Of a stretch of DNA of 64,000 nt, positions 21,883-32,449 are shown in pieces. Source of the stretch: Bacteroidales bacterium (GTDB lineage Bacteria; Bacteroidota; Bacteroidia; Bacteroidales; UBA7960). The DNA is taken from assembly GCA_003567205.1 (NCBI GenBank), contig PXAA01000123.1, forward strand, positions 9,242 to 73,241, read 5' to 3'. Both the position numbers and the translations under genes were made by a program. Position 1 is the first letter of the stretch. Every line of letters begins with the position of its first letter. The notes under the pieces were generated by a model that was not told the origin of the DNA, ran no database searches, and was given only the letters and a program-made list of their open reading frames with translations.

Positions 21883-23350
21883 ATGCCCTGGTTATACGTT
21901 CTACAAGCAATTTTGAGCTGATCACGGCCATGGGCAATCCGGTGCCTGGCACAGTGGATGCCCCGACATAAAAGACGTTTGCAAATTCTTCATCAACGTT
22001 TTTTGGCCTGAAACCACCGATCTGGTCCAGGTTATGCCCCAGACCAAGGCCGCTGCCCTTATATAAATTGAATGAGTCACGCCATTCAACCGGGGTCATC
22101 AGGGTTTGGGATACGATATGCTTTTGCAGATCAATGCCGATTCGACCTGACAAGTCGCCGATGATATTGGCAGCGACCTGCTCGCGATCCGACCAGTCCG
22201 GCTTAAAACGCATATCGGGTACCGGACAAAGTACGAATACACTTTCGCAGCCTTCAGGAGCACTTTCAGGATCAGACTTCGACACCACATTCATATAATA
22301 GTAAGGTTGGTCAAGCTTCATGGCGTTCTTAAAAATCTTGCCCGAATACTCCTTGAAATTGTCCCCAAGAAAATAATTATGCAATGGCACATCAGGCAGT
22401 TTGGTGTCCAGCCCGAGATACATGGTAAACGGTGCCAGCGTCCACTGCAGTTTATTCATCCGGGGTTCAGAGAATTTTTTTCGCTTAAAAATCTTGTGCC
22501 GGAACCAGGCGGCATCGGCATTCACAACAAAAAAATCGGATTCCCAGGCCTTCCCATGCTGGTCGATCATGGCCGTGATTTTCCCTCCCTCTTGCCTGTA
22601 ATCCACAATCTCCGTATCAAAATGCATCAATACACCGGCCTTGTCAAGTTCTTTGCGCAAACCATCCACGATCTTGTACATTCCACCCACCACATTATGA
22701 TAGCCATCATGCACCAATTCGGTGTATGACAAAATGGTATAGATGGCCGGGGTATCAAAAGGGGCTGCCCCCAGGAAAAAAGCCACCAGTGAAAAGATCT
22801 CTTTCACTTCGCGCGATTCAAAATGCCGCTCCATCTCTGACCATACCGAGCGCAGCAATTTGGGCGAATGCCTCACGGGGACCCGGAGCAGGGTTAACAG
22901 GTATTGAAACAGGGAATCATAGTTTCGTTTCAGGACCAGGTATTCCGTGTCGTGGAAAAACCTGGCTGCCTCTGTCAGGAATTTGTCCATCTTCTGGCGG
23001 AAATCCGGCTCCACCGCTTCAAACTCCCTGGCAAGGCGGTCAAGGTCGCGATAAATCATATAGCGTTTGTCGGATCCCCTGAAATTAACGGCATACAGCA
23101 CATCCAATTCGCGGAAGGTAAAAGGTAAATTGTTCAGGACCACATCCTTGCGGAATTCCTCAAATTCATAGGTCATGCTGAAAAAAGTCGGTCCCAAATC
23201 AAAGGTGAAGCCATCTTTTTTCAGCTGGTTAAGTCTGCCGCCGGGCTGATGGTATTTTTCCACCATTTCAACGGCATATCCACGGCTTGCCAAACGAAGG
23301 GCTGAGGTCATGGCACCCAATCCAGTACCCACAACGACTGCTTTTTTCAT
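21863..23350 (-). CDS. crtI: Phytoene desaturase
   Basis: GTGLG FAD motif, DGFTFDLGPT, GGMY, FRPKN...GASTVPGTGLP; 495 aa. Confidence 0.92.
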   Translation of the reverse strand: MKKAVVVGTGLGAMTSALRLASRGYAVEMVEKYHQPGGRLNQLKKDGFTFDLGPTFFSMTYEFEEFRKDVVLNNLPFTFRELDVLYAVNFRGSDKRYMIYRDLDRLAREFEAVEPDFRQKMDKFLTEAARFFHDTEYLVLKRNYDSLFQYLLTLLRVPVRHSPKLLRSVWSEMERHFESREVKEIFSLVAFFLGAAPFDTPAIYTILSYTELVHDGYHNVVGGMYKIVDGLRKELDKAGVLMHFDTEIVDYRQEGGKITAMIDQHGKAWESDFFVVNADAAWFRHKIFKRKKFSEPRMNKLQWTLAPFTMYLGLDTKLPDVPLHNYFLGDNFKEYSGKIFKNAMKLDQPYYYMNVVSKSDPESAPEGCESVFVLCPVPDMRFKPDWSDREQVAANIIGDLSGRIGIDLQKHIVSQTLMTPVEWRDSFNLYKGSGLGLGHNLDQIGGFRPKNVDEEFANVFYVGASTVPGTGLPMAVISSKLLVERITRAYGPLHT

Positions 23351-23391
23351 TTTTAGTATATTGGTTGTGAATATAATGAATATCTTGCAAT

Positions 23392-24474
23392 ATGAAACAA
23401 AAAAGTGCGGTCATAGGTTCAGGGGTGGCAGGAATTGCCTCTGCAATCCGCCTGGCTGCCAAAGGTTATCTGGTGCAGGTTTTTGAACAGGCATCAGGGC
23501 CCGGAGGAAAATTATCTGAACGCCGCCACGGTGGATTCCGCTTCGATACCGGCCCCTCGTTGTTTACCCTTCCCGAACTGGTGACAGAGCTTTTCGAGTT
23601 ATGCGGGAAAGACCCACGCAATTATTTTACCTGTAAACTTCTGGATGCCAGCTGCAGATATTTCTGGGAAGACGGTACGGTGATCAATGCCTGGCATAAT
23701 TCTGATGATTTTGCCAAAGAAGTGGGCGTACAATTTCATTTCAACACAGCGGTGGAATCTGTCAGGGTGCAAAACAGGCGGGCAACCGGTTTACGGGCCG
23801 GAGGCAAGGACGTTGATTTTGATCTCATCGTAAGCGATGTGGATGTGGTGAACTTCTATAAAAAACTGCTTCCGGCGCATCCGCTTCCCAAAAAACTGCT
23901 ATCACATGAACGCTCCAGTTCAGCACTGATCTTTTATTGGGGGGTGAACAAAAACTTTCCGGAATTGTCATTGCACAACATCTTGTTTTCCAAAGACTAT
24001 GAAAAAGAATTCCGTCATTTATTCAGTGAAAAAAGCATCACCGGCGATCCCACTGTATATATTTTTATAAGTGCCAGGGAAGTCCCGGATGACGCCCCAA
24101 CAGGACAGGAAAACTGGTATGTGATGATCAACGCCCCGGAAAACACAGGACAGGAGTGGGATTCCATGGTATGCAATGCACGTAAACACATCGTCTCAAA
24201 AATCAAACGAATACTGGGAGTGGATATTGAACGACACATTGTAACAGAATCCCATGCCGATCCGCGGAGTATTGAGAACGATACCGGGTCCTATAACGGT
24301 TCCCTGTATGGCTTGAGTTCCAACAATAAATTTGCCGCATTTTACCGGCATCCAAATTTTAAACATTCAATAAAAACCCTTTATTTTACAGGCGGAAGTG
24401 TACACCCTGGCGGGGGGATCCCCTTGTGTCTGGCCTCGGCAAAAATTATTGACAAAGAAATTTCAGCGATATGA
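23392..24474 (+). pseudogene. crtD: CrtD-like hydroxycarotenoid desaturase with an in-frame internal deletion of about 128 codons
   Basis: GFRFDTGPSLFT, ERSSSALIFYWG, GGSVHPGGGIPLCL. Only 360 aa; compared with CrtI in this window, residues of about 111-238 have no counterpart. Confidence 0.75.
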
Positions 24475-25130
24475 CAAAAAGTAAAACAGTCCGGGTTGCC
24501 GGATATTTTTTTGTGGTGTATTACCTGGTAGGATTTGTTGGGTTGAGCCTGCCCGTCTCACGCGAGGTATTCACCGGATTGATGCCACTGTCTTTGTTGC
24601 TGAGCACAGCCATTCTCTTATTTTTTCACCGCACATGGCGTTCGGCCGACGCCATTGTGCTGATCTTTATTGCCATTACCGGATATCTTATTGAAGTGCT
24701 TGGCGTGCTGACGGGCCATGTGTTCGGCGCGTATTGGTACGGCAGTGCTCTGGGATTGCAAGCATTTAACACCCCGCTGATTATCGGGATCAATTGGATG
24801 ATGCTTGTTTACTGTGTATTTGCAATAATGGAAAGAATCCGGCTCTTCTGGCTGCTCAAAGCCATTGCCGCCGCCATCTTGCTGGTGGCCTACGACGTTG
24901 TGATGGAGCCGGTGGCCATGCGTCTCGATATGTGGAACTGGGAAACCTGGCATTGGGAGCATGTGCTCGCACCCATGCAGAATTACCAGGCCTGGTTCAT
25001 CATATCCCTTGTTTTTCTTGCCACCATGCATCTGGCAAAGATCAAGACAGGCAACCGCGTTGCCCCCTGGCTTTTTGGGGTGCGGTTTGCCTTTTTTCTT
25101 GCATTAAATGTGACCCTCAGGCTGCTATAA
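24471..25130 (+). CDS. cruF: CruF-type carotenoid 1,2-hydratase / carotenoid biosynthesis membrane protein
   Basis: EVLGVLTGHVFGAYWYG, PLIIGINW, YDVVMEP, PMQNYQAW. Confidence 0.85.
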   Translation: MTKSKTVRVAGYFFVVYYLVGFVGLSLPVSREVFTGLMPLSLLLSTAILLFFHRTWRSADAIVLIFIAITGYLIEVLGVLTGHVFGAYWYGSALGLQAFNTPLIIGINWMMLVYCVFAIMERIRLFWLLKAIAAAILLVAYDVVMEPVAMRLDMWNWETWHWEHVLAPMQNYQAWFIISLVFLATMHLAKIKTGNRVAPWLFGVRFAFFLALNVTLRLL

Positions 25131-25131
25131 T

Positions 25132-25470
25132 ATGATCAAAGCCAAACACAACAAAGCATTCGTACTTTTTTTTGATGTTTTGTTCATTGCGCAAAGGGTA
25201 AACAATTTGGTGTTTAAACGCAAGATGCATGTGATGATGCTGGAAGAAGAACTGCATAAGCGGTCTTTTTTGAGGAAACTTGGCGCCTTCTCCATACGAA
25301 AAAACAGCCTGAGCGCCTTGCATTCGTTAAAATATGCCACAAAAATCCTTTCAAAACCCAAAAACCTGCTCCTTCTTTTTCCGCAAGGCAGTTTTCAGTC
25401 TGCGCACCGTTATCCTGCACTCAACGTATATCTGATCTGCACCTTTTTGTGTATTTTTACCCCAATTTGA
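25132..25470 (+). pseudogene. PlsC-like (carotenoid glycoside) acyltransferase remnant with internal deletions
   Basis: Retains MIKAKH, HVMMLEE, GAFSIRKNS and LFPQG, but lacks the NHxxxxD catalytic block and most of the C-terminus; 112 aa. Confidence 0.7.
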
Positions 25471-25475
25471 ATCCC

Positions 25476-26570
25476 ATGTTTTACCTCGCACTCTTTGTTT
25501 TGATTTTTACCGGGTGTCGGTTAATGGTGGCTGCCGCCAACCTGCTCACGCGCCAGTGGCTTCAAACGGGTGATCCCGGGAGCAAACAAACAATTTCTAT
25601 ATTGATCCCGGCCCGCGACGAAGAACAAAACATCGGGGCCTTGCTTGAAAGCATCATTGTCCAGGAATACACACAATGGGAATGCTTGGTTTATGATGAC
25701 CTCTCTGTTGACCGTACGTCTGAAATTGTACTTGCCTGTGCCCGGAAAGATTCCCGCATCCGGCTTATTAAAGGCAGGGAACTGCCCAAAGGCTGGCTTG
25801 GGAAAAACCATGCCTGCCATCAACTGGCGCAACAGGCCACCGGCCATTATTTCCTGTTTGCAGATGCCGACGTACGTATGGGCAAAAGCCTGCTGAACGA
25901 TTCGCTGGCCCATTTGCAAAAACACTGCCTGGCCATGTTTTCTATATTCCCTCAGCAAATCATGTACAGCCCGGGCGAGAAACTGAGTGTTCCGCTGATG
26001 AACTGGATACTGGTAAGCCTGCTTCCACTGATTTTGACAAGGACATCCCGCCATCCATCACTGGCCGCAGCCAACGGACAATTCATCTTGTTTGATGCAG
26101 AAATATACAGGCAAAACCATTTCCATCAGTTATTCCGTAATAAGGCCGTGGAAGACATTGCCATTGCACGCTATATGAAGAAACAAGGCCTGCGCATTCA
26201 CACCATACTGAGTAAAGGCCAGGTGCAATGCCGGATGTACCGGTCATTGCATGAAGCCATGCAGGGTTTTTCGAAAAACGTGATGGCATTTTTTGGTTTC
26301 AGCACCCTGCTGGGGCTTTTTTATGCGTTGATCACCACTTTTGGGGTAATTCCTGTATGGCTGGCAATGGGGACACCATGGGCTGTTGCCTACCTGGCCG
26401 CCACCCTGATGATCAGGATGCTGGTTGCCTTTGCAAGTAAACAAAGCATCATGCACAATACCCTGACAGCTCCGCTGCAGCAACTTGTTTTTGTCGTGGT
26501 TATGATCATGGCCCTTTACAATAAGTCACAAAAGAAAAACATATGGAAAGGACGCTATATAGACGCCTGA
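25476..26570 (+). CDS. GT2 glycosyltransferase (carotenoid glucosyltransferase-like)
   Basis: ISILIPARDEE, YDDLSVD, GWLGKNHAC, FADAD, ANGQF, VEDI. Confidence 0.88.
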   Translation: MFYLALFVLIFTGCRLMVAAANLLTRQWLQTGDPGSKQTISILIPARDEEQNIGALLESIIVQEYTQWECLVYDDLSVDRTSEIVLACARKDSRIRLIKGRELPKGWLGKNHACHQLAQQATGHYFLFADADVRMGKSLLNDSLAHLQKHCLAMFSIFPQQIMYSPGEKLSVPLMNWILVSLLPLILTRTSRHPSLAAANGQFILFDAEIYRQNHFHQLFRNKAVEDIAIARYMKKQGLRIHTILSKGQVQCRMYRSLHEAMQGFSKNVMAFFGFSTLLGLFYALITTFGVIPVWLAMGTPWAVAYLAATLMIRMLVAFASKQSIMHNTLTAPLQQLVFVVVMIMALYNKSQKKNIWKGRYIDA

Positions 26571-27313
26571 GCACAGTGACCCTCTTGCTGTTACTCTTTT
26601 GGCAAACACAGGCCTGGCCACAGGAGAGGCCTTGTGTCGGGCTAACCTGCCAGAACCTGATCTACCGGTCTTATGTGGAAGACCGCATGTCACTATGGGA
26701 AAGCACACTGGAAACCATGGAATTTGAATACTCGCTAAGGCCCGACGATGCCCTGCTGTATGATATCCTGCTGTCGCAATACGGTCTCATCGGGTACTAT
26801 CTGGGTTCGGACAGGAAAACAGAAGGCAGGTCCTTGCTGAACAAAGCAGAAAAATATCTGGAGATACTTGAAAACGCACCGGGCTACGATGCGGCCTCCA
26901 GGTTATTCCGGGCAGCATTCTATGCTTACCACATGGCAATTCGGCCCTGGCGCAGTGTGCAGCTGGGTATTGCCAGCGAGCGACTGATCAATGAAGCCAT
27001 TGAACTACGGACTGATTATCCCCGGGGATATCTCGAAAAAGGAAATATGTTGTATTTTGCACCAGCCATTTTCGGGGGCTCAAAAAAAAGATCCATTGAA
27101 TATTATTCGCAAGCGGTATCACTGTTTGAGCAGAACATACAAAACAACCACCGCTGGCTTTACCTGAGCACCCTTGTTTCCCTTGCCAATGCCCATGAGG
27201 GCACGGGGGATATAACAGCCGCCAAGGCCACTCTTGAAAAGGCACTCGAATTTGAACCCGGGTTCAAATGGGTGAAGGAAGAGCTTTTGCCCGAACTCCA
27301 ATCAAAAAAATAA
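26543..27313 (+). CDS. Exported TPR-like helical protein
   Basis: Signal peptide; PAIFGGSK and KALEFEPGF TPR-like segments. Confidence 0.75.
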   Translation: MERTLYRRLSTVTLLLLLFWQTQAWPQERPCVGLTCQNLIYRSYVEDRMSLWESTLETMEFEYSLRPDDALLYDILLSQYGLIGYYLGSDRKTEGRSLLNKAEKYLEILENAPGYDAASRLFRAAFYAYHMAIRPWRSVQLGIASERLINEAIELRTDYPRGYLEKGNMLYFAPAIFGGSKKRSIEYYSQAVSLFEQNIQNNHRWLYLSTLVSLANAHEGTGDITAAKATLEKALEFEPGFKWVKEELLPELQSKK

Positions 27314-27363
27314 TATCCGTCCGAACCAAAATAATTCATAACCAATGTAAATTGAATAATCAA

Positions 27364-30129
27364 ATGAAAAGACAACTGTTCTTACTGCATCTTATTCTGA
27401 CCTTTGCTATTTCCCTTCCGGGCTTTGCCCTCACGGAAAAGATCCCGCTCGACCATACGGTATACGATGACTGGAAAAACATTTCCAGGCCGCAGTTATC
27501 TGCCGATGGACGCTGGGCAAATTATGAAGTGAACCCGCAAAAAGGGGATGGCTGTTTAATCCTGGTGAACCTCCTGACAAATGAACAAGACTCCATTACC
27601 CGTGGTAGCCGTGCCGTTTTTTCTCCGGGATCTGATTTTGTAGCATACCTGATTTTTCCGAAAGAAAAAGATGTCCGCCAGGCAAAAGTGGAAGACAAAC
27701 ACCGCATTGAAATGCCCAAGAACCAATTGGGCATCAAGCGTCTGTTTGATGATGAACACGTGGTGACAGACAATGTGCAGTCGTTCGCTGTTGCCAAAGA
27801 AATATCGTCGTGGATGGTTTTTCAAATGGCCGAAATGACCGGCGACACCCTTACAGGCACGCAGCTCACTATTTTTAACCCTGTCAATCAGATAAGGCAT
27901 TCGTTCGACCACGTGACCGACTATGTTTTATCAGAAAATGGCCGGATGGTTGTTTTTATCCAGGCCCTTGACCAAAACGGGCGCTATGGCCTTCAGGTAT
28001 TCAACACTGAAACACAAACGCCGGCAACCATTTTTGAAAATCAGGGACGCATACGGCAGATCGCCGTTGACAGCCAGGGCACACAAACAGCATTTTTATT
28101 TTCTGAAAATGATGATGAACCGTACATCTATAGCCTGTTTCACTGGCAGGAAGGCGATGACGCTGCGATGGCCATTGTTGATCCGGACAAGTCCGGAATG
28201 CCCGATGGCTGGAGTGTCAGTGAACACCTATCCCCTGATTTTACCAAGGAGGGTACCAGGCTTTTTTTCGGAACAGCACCCACGCCATTGCCCGAACCGG
28301 AAGACACACTGCTTCCGGAGGAAAAGCACCGGCTCGATATATGGCATTACAGGGATCCGCTGATTCAACCCATGCAACTGGTACAGGCAGAAAGTGAGAA
28401 AAAGCGCGCCTATATTGCTGTTTATCATTTTAATGACGGACAGATGGTGCAACTGGCCGACAAAAAAATGCCCGATGTAAGCACCCGGCAATATGGCGAC
28501 GGCCGACTGGAAATGGGTGAGTCAAAACTGCCCTATCTCATTCCAAATTCTTTTGAATCAGGCGAATACCGGGATGTTTACCTGGTGGATGTTTTGACAG
28601 GAGAGCACACCATGGTACTGGAAAAACACCGGGGATCTGTGCACCGTTCAACCACCGGCGATCCAAGGCTTTCACCCGGCGGGAGCTTCCTGCTGTATTA
28701 TAACCAGGCAGACCGGAATTGGTATACGCTATCGCCGGGTGAACATAATGCGATAAATATCACTGAGGCCATTCCCTACCCCTTGTATGACGAATTGCAT
28801 GATACGCCCAGTGATCCGGACCCGCATGGTATTGCAGGCTGGGTGGAAGACGACCGCTTTGTGCTCATTTATGACCGCTTCGATATCTGGCGGGTAGATC
28901 CCACTGGAACGGAAACACCTGTATCCCTGACAAGTGGTTACGGACGCGAAAACAACATCCGTTTCCGCATTGCAGAACTTGACCCGGACAAAGTCCATAT
29001 CGGGCAACACGAACGCATTATGCTGTCAGCTTTTCATATCTTCAATAAACAGAGCGGTTTTTATAATATATGGATGCACCGCCCTGACAAGCCCGAACAG
29101 ATAGTGATGGATGATATACGCTTTTTTCGCCCACGCAAGGCAAGTGATGCAGAAGTCCTGCTCTGGCAGAAAAGCACTTTTAAAACCTATCCCAACCTCT
29201 GGGTGAGTGACCTGTTTTTTAACAACCCGCGCCGGATCTCGGATGCCAATCCCCAACAAGACAAGTATCTCTGGGGGAATGTGCAATTGGTGGAATGGCT
29301 GTCTTTTGCCGGTGATTCCCTGCAGGGTTTGCTCTATCTGCCGGAAAACATCGACCCGGACAAACAATACCCAATGATCGTATACTTCTATGAACGTTCA
29401 TCCGACGGGTTGCATTTTCATCAGGTGCCAGCCCCCAGCCGGTCTACCATCAACCGGTCGTATTGTGTGAGCAACGGATATATCGTTTTCGTTCCCGACA
29501 TTCGTTACAGGACAGGCTATCCCGGGCAAAGCGCCTATGATGCCATTGTTAGTGGCACCAAGGCCATGCTCAGCCAGTTTGACTTTATTGACAGCGAACA
29601 TATAGGCCTTCAGGGACAAAGCTGGGCTGGATATCAGATCGCATGGCTGATCACCCGCACCGATATGTATAAGGCCGCCATGGCCGGGGCCCCGGTAAGC
29701 AATATGATCAGTGCCTACGGCGGCATCCGCTGGGTCACCGGCATGAGCCGGATTTACCAGTACGAAGAAACCCAAAGCCGCATCGGCGGCACCATATGGG
29801 ACAAGACACTCCGGTATATTGAAAATTCACCGGTCTTTTTTGCCGACAGGGTCAACACCCCGCTTCTGATGATGCACAACGATGCCGATGGGGCGGTACC
29901 GTGGTATCAGGGCATCGAATACTTTATGGCGTTGCGGCGGCTCGACAAACCTGTATGGATGCTAAATTATAACGACGAAGCCCACAACCTGACACGCAGG
30001 CCCAATATGATGGACCTCAGTATACGGATGTACCAGTTTTTTGACCATTACCTGAAAGATGAACCCATGCCTGTATGGATGAAAGAGGGGGTGCCGGCCA
30101 TCAAAAAAGGAATCGAAGACGGGTATTAA
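27364..30129 (+). CDS. S9 prolyl oligopeptidase family peptidase
   Basis: Signal peptide; GQSWAGY nucleophile motif, NDADGAV, EAHNL. Confidence 0.92.
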   Translation: MKRQLFLLHLILTFAISLPGFALTEKIPLDHTVYDDWKNISRPQLSADGRWANYEVNPQKGDGCLILVNLLTNEQDSITRGSRAVFSPGSDFVAYLIFPKEKDVRQAKVEDKHRIEMPKNQLGIKRLFDDEHVVTDNVQSFAVAKEISSWMVFQMAEMTGDTLTGTQLTIFNPVNQIRHSFDHVTDYVLSENGRMVVFIQALDQNGRYGLQVFNTETQTPATIFENQGRIRQIAVDSQGTQTAFLFSENDDEPYIYSLFHWQEGDDAAMAIVDPDKSGMPDGWSVSEHLSPDFTKEGTRLFFGTAPTPLPEPEDTLLPEEKHRLDIWHYRDPLIQPMQLVQAESEKKRAYIAVYHFNDGQMVQLADKKMPDVSTRQYGDGRLEMGESKLPYLIPNSFESGEYRDVYLVDVLTGEHTMVLEKHRGSVHRSTTGDPRLSPGGSFLLYYNQADRNWYTLSPGEHNAINITEAIPYPLYDELHDTPSDPDPHGIAGWVEDDRFVLIYDRFDIWRVDPTGTETPVSLTSGYGRENNIRFRIAELDPDKVHIGQHERIMLSAFHIFNKQSGFYNIWMHRPDKPEQIVMDDIRFFRPRKASDAEVLLWQKSTFKTYPNLWVSDLFFNNPRRISDANPQQDKYLWGNVQLVEWLSFAGDSLQGLLYLPENIDPDKQYPMIVYFYERSSDGLHFHQVPAPSRSTINRSYCVSNGYIVFVPDIRYRTGYPGQSAYDAIVSGTKAMLSQFDFIDSEHIGLQGQSWAGYQIAWLITRTDMYKAAMAGAPVSNMISAYGGIRWVTGMSRIYQYEETQSRIGGTIWDKTLRYIENSPVFFADRVNTPLLMMHNDADGAVPWYQGIEYFMALRRLDKPVWMLNYNDEAHNLTRRPNMMDLSIRMYQFFDHYLKDEPMPVWMKEGVPAIKKGIEDGY

Positions 30130-30163
30130 ACAATGAATCAGTCAATCAATTAAACTTGATCCT

Positions 30164-30628
30164 ATGAAAACACCAGGCATTTTATTGATTCTTCTGCTGG
30201 TTTGCCTGCAGGAAGGTGATGATATCACACTGGAGGTTTTTCGCAATGGCCAGGCCATGGAATTAAAAGGCAAAGCGAGTGGTTTTATGAATGGACGCCA
30301 CTATACCTTCTGGCAGGAACTACAGGATACCCGGCTTTTTGCCGCCTGGAGCCAGACCAGGTCCCACGTCCTGTCAATGCATGGGAAAGGCGAATACGTG
30401 GCCTTCAATCCCTATGAACACCAGCTCATTGCCGACATTGTAAATCACTACAATCCGGGAAAGGCCACCTTTATGCGTATACCTGATATCGACCATGCTT
30501 TTACCTATGTAGAAGATCTGGAGCACTCCATCTCCGTCCGCAACGACCGTGAATACCAACTCAACAATTTCCATCCCGGCATTGTGGACATTTTGTATGA
30601 ATGGATGGAAGAGCTTATTAAACAATAA
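30164..30628 (+). pseudogene. Probable remnant of a signal peptide-PDZ-alpha/beta hydrolase protein
   Basis: Signal N/h region joined directly to a PDZ-like tail (EGDDITLEVFRNGQ), then a hydrolase-like C-terminus (VLSMHG..E, IPDIDHAF). No nucleophile elbow. Confidence 0.55.
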
Positions 30629-30689
30629 CAGCCGGAATTGTTTCAACAATCTTCCTACCTTTGCCCTCTGTAACATAAATCAGACCCAT

Positions 30690-32444
30690 ATGCTCAGAAC
30701 ACATACCTGCGGAGAGCTCCGCATCAAGGACACCGGAAAAGAAGTTACACTCTGCGGCTGGTTGCAGCGTGCGCGTGATTTGGGCGGCATGACTTTTATC
30801 GACCTGCGCGACCGTTACGGCATCACCCAGCTGGCCTTCAATATGAATACCAATAAAACCCTATGCACACAAGCCCGGGAACTGGGGCGGGAATATGTTT
30901 TGCAGATCACAGGAAAGGTGACAGAACGCAGCAACAAGAACCCCAAAATGCTCACGGGCGACATTGAGATTATCGTGTCAGAAGTTAAAGTACTTAACAA
31001 AGCCCAGACCCCACCCTTTACCATCGAGGAAGACACCGATGGCGGGGACGAACTTCGCATGAAGTACCGTTACCTGGACATCCGTCGCGAGGTGGTGCGC
31101 CGCAACCTGGAGCTACGCCACAGGATGGCTTTGGAAACACGTAAATACCTCCACGATCAGCAATTCATCGAAGTGGAAACACCGGTATTGATCAAGTCAA
31201 CACCCGAAGGGGCCCGCGATTTTATGGTGCCGTCACGCATGCATGCAGGCCAGTTCTATGCACTGCCACAATCACCACAAACCTTTAAGCAGTTGCTTAT
31301 GGTGGGTGGCCTCGACCGTTACTTCCAGATCGTGAAATGTTTTCGCGACGAAGACCTGCGCGCCGATCGCCAGCCCGAATTTACCCAGATCGACTGCGAG
31401 ATGTCATTTGTAACGCGCGACGATGTGCTGGAAACCTTTGAGGGGCTTGCAAAACATCTTTTCAAGTCCGTGAAAGGTGTCGACCATGTTGAATTCAATC
31501 GCATAAGCTACCAGGATGCTATGAGATTTTACGGCACCGACAAGCCGGACACCCGGTTCGGGATGCGCTTCGAAGAGCTTAATGAACTGACCAAAGACAA
31601 AGGGTTTAAGGTATTCGACAACGCTGAACTTGTGGTGGGAATCTGTACCGAAGGTTGTGCAGAATACAGCCGCAAGCAGCTGGATGCCCTCACTGAATGG
31701 GTGCAGCGGCCACAGATCGGTGCCAAAGGCCTTGTATATGTGAAATACAATCCGGATGGCAGTTTTAAGTCGTCGGTAGATAAGTTTTTTAAACAGGAAC
31801 AGCTGAAATCGTGGGCTGATGTGTTTAGCGCCAGGCCCGGCGATCTTTTGCTGATCCTGGCCGGAGACACGGATGCCACACGCAAGGCATTGGGCGAATT
31901 GCGCCTGGAAATGGGCAGGCGCCTTGAATTGCGCGATCCCGATATGTATGCATGCCTGTGGGTCACAGACTTTCCCCTGCTGGAATGGGATGAAGAAACA
32001 CAACGCTTTTACGCCATGCATCACCCATTCACCTCCCCCATCAGGGAGGATATCCCGCTGCTGGACAAAGATCCGGGCAAGGTGCGCGCCAACGCCTATG
32101 ATATGGTGATCAATGGTGTGGAGATCGGCGGTGGTTCCATACGGATCTTTGACCGCCCCTTGCAGGAAAAAATGTTTGAAGTGCTTGGATTCACCCCCAA
32201 AGAAGCACAGAACCAGTTCGGCTTCCTGATGCAGGCCTTTCAGTTCGGCGCCCCGCCCCACGGCGGCGTTGCTTTCGGATTCGACCGCTGGTGTGCTCTG
32301 TTCGGCGGCTCCGAAACCATCCGCGACTACATCGCCTTCCCGAAAAATAACGCCGGCCGCGATGTGATGATCGACAGTCCCAGCCCCGTTGCCCCCGAAC
32401 AACTAAAGGAACTTCACCTGAAACTCATAACTCATAACTCATAA
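30690..32444 (+). CDS. aspS: Aspartate-tRNA ligase
   Basis: [46 protein letters not shown] -7 box at 30656. Confidence 0.97.
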   Translation: MLRTHTCGELRIKDTGKEVTLCGWLQRARDLGGMTFIDLRDRYGITQLAFNMNTNKTLCTQARELGREYVLQITGKVTERSNKNPKMLTGDIEIIVSEVKVLNKAQTPPFTIEEDTDGGDELRMKYRYLDIRREVVRRNLELRHRMALETRKYLHDQQFIEVETPVLIKSTPEGARDFMVPSRMHAGQFYALPQSPQTFKQLLMVGGLDRYFQIVKCFRDEDLRADRQPEFTQIDCEMSFVTRDDVLETFEGLAKHLFKSVKGVDHVEFNRISYQDAMRFYGTDKPDTRFGMRFEELNELTKDKGFKVFDNAELVVGICTEGCAEYSRKQLDALTEWVQRPQIGAKGLVYVKYNPDGSFKSSVDKFFKQEQLKSWADVFSARPGDLLLILAGDTDATRKALGELRLEMGRRLELRDPDMYACLWVTDFPLLEWDEETQRFYAMHHPFTSPIREDIPLLDKDPGKVRANAYDMVINGVEIGGGSIRIFDRPLQEKMFEVLGFTPKEAQNQFGFLMQAFQFGAPPHGGVAFGFDRWCALFGGSETIRDYIAFPKNNAGRDVMIDSPSPVAPEQLKELHLKLITHNS

Positions 32445-32449
32445 CTCAA
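32422..32449 (+). repeat. Heptamer array (AACTCAT, about 4 units) over the aspS stop
   Basis: aactcat aactcat aactcat aactcaa. Confidence 0.8.

Noticed and set aside
31404..32402. 332-aa antisense ORF within aspS, and similar shadow ORFs (376-951, 50062-50943, 58247-59041)
   Set aside because: They lie opposite well-supported genes and show no recognisable motifs.
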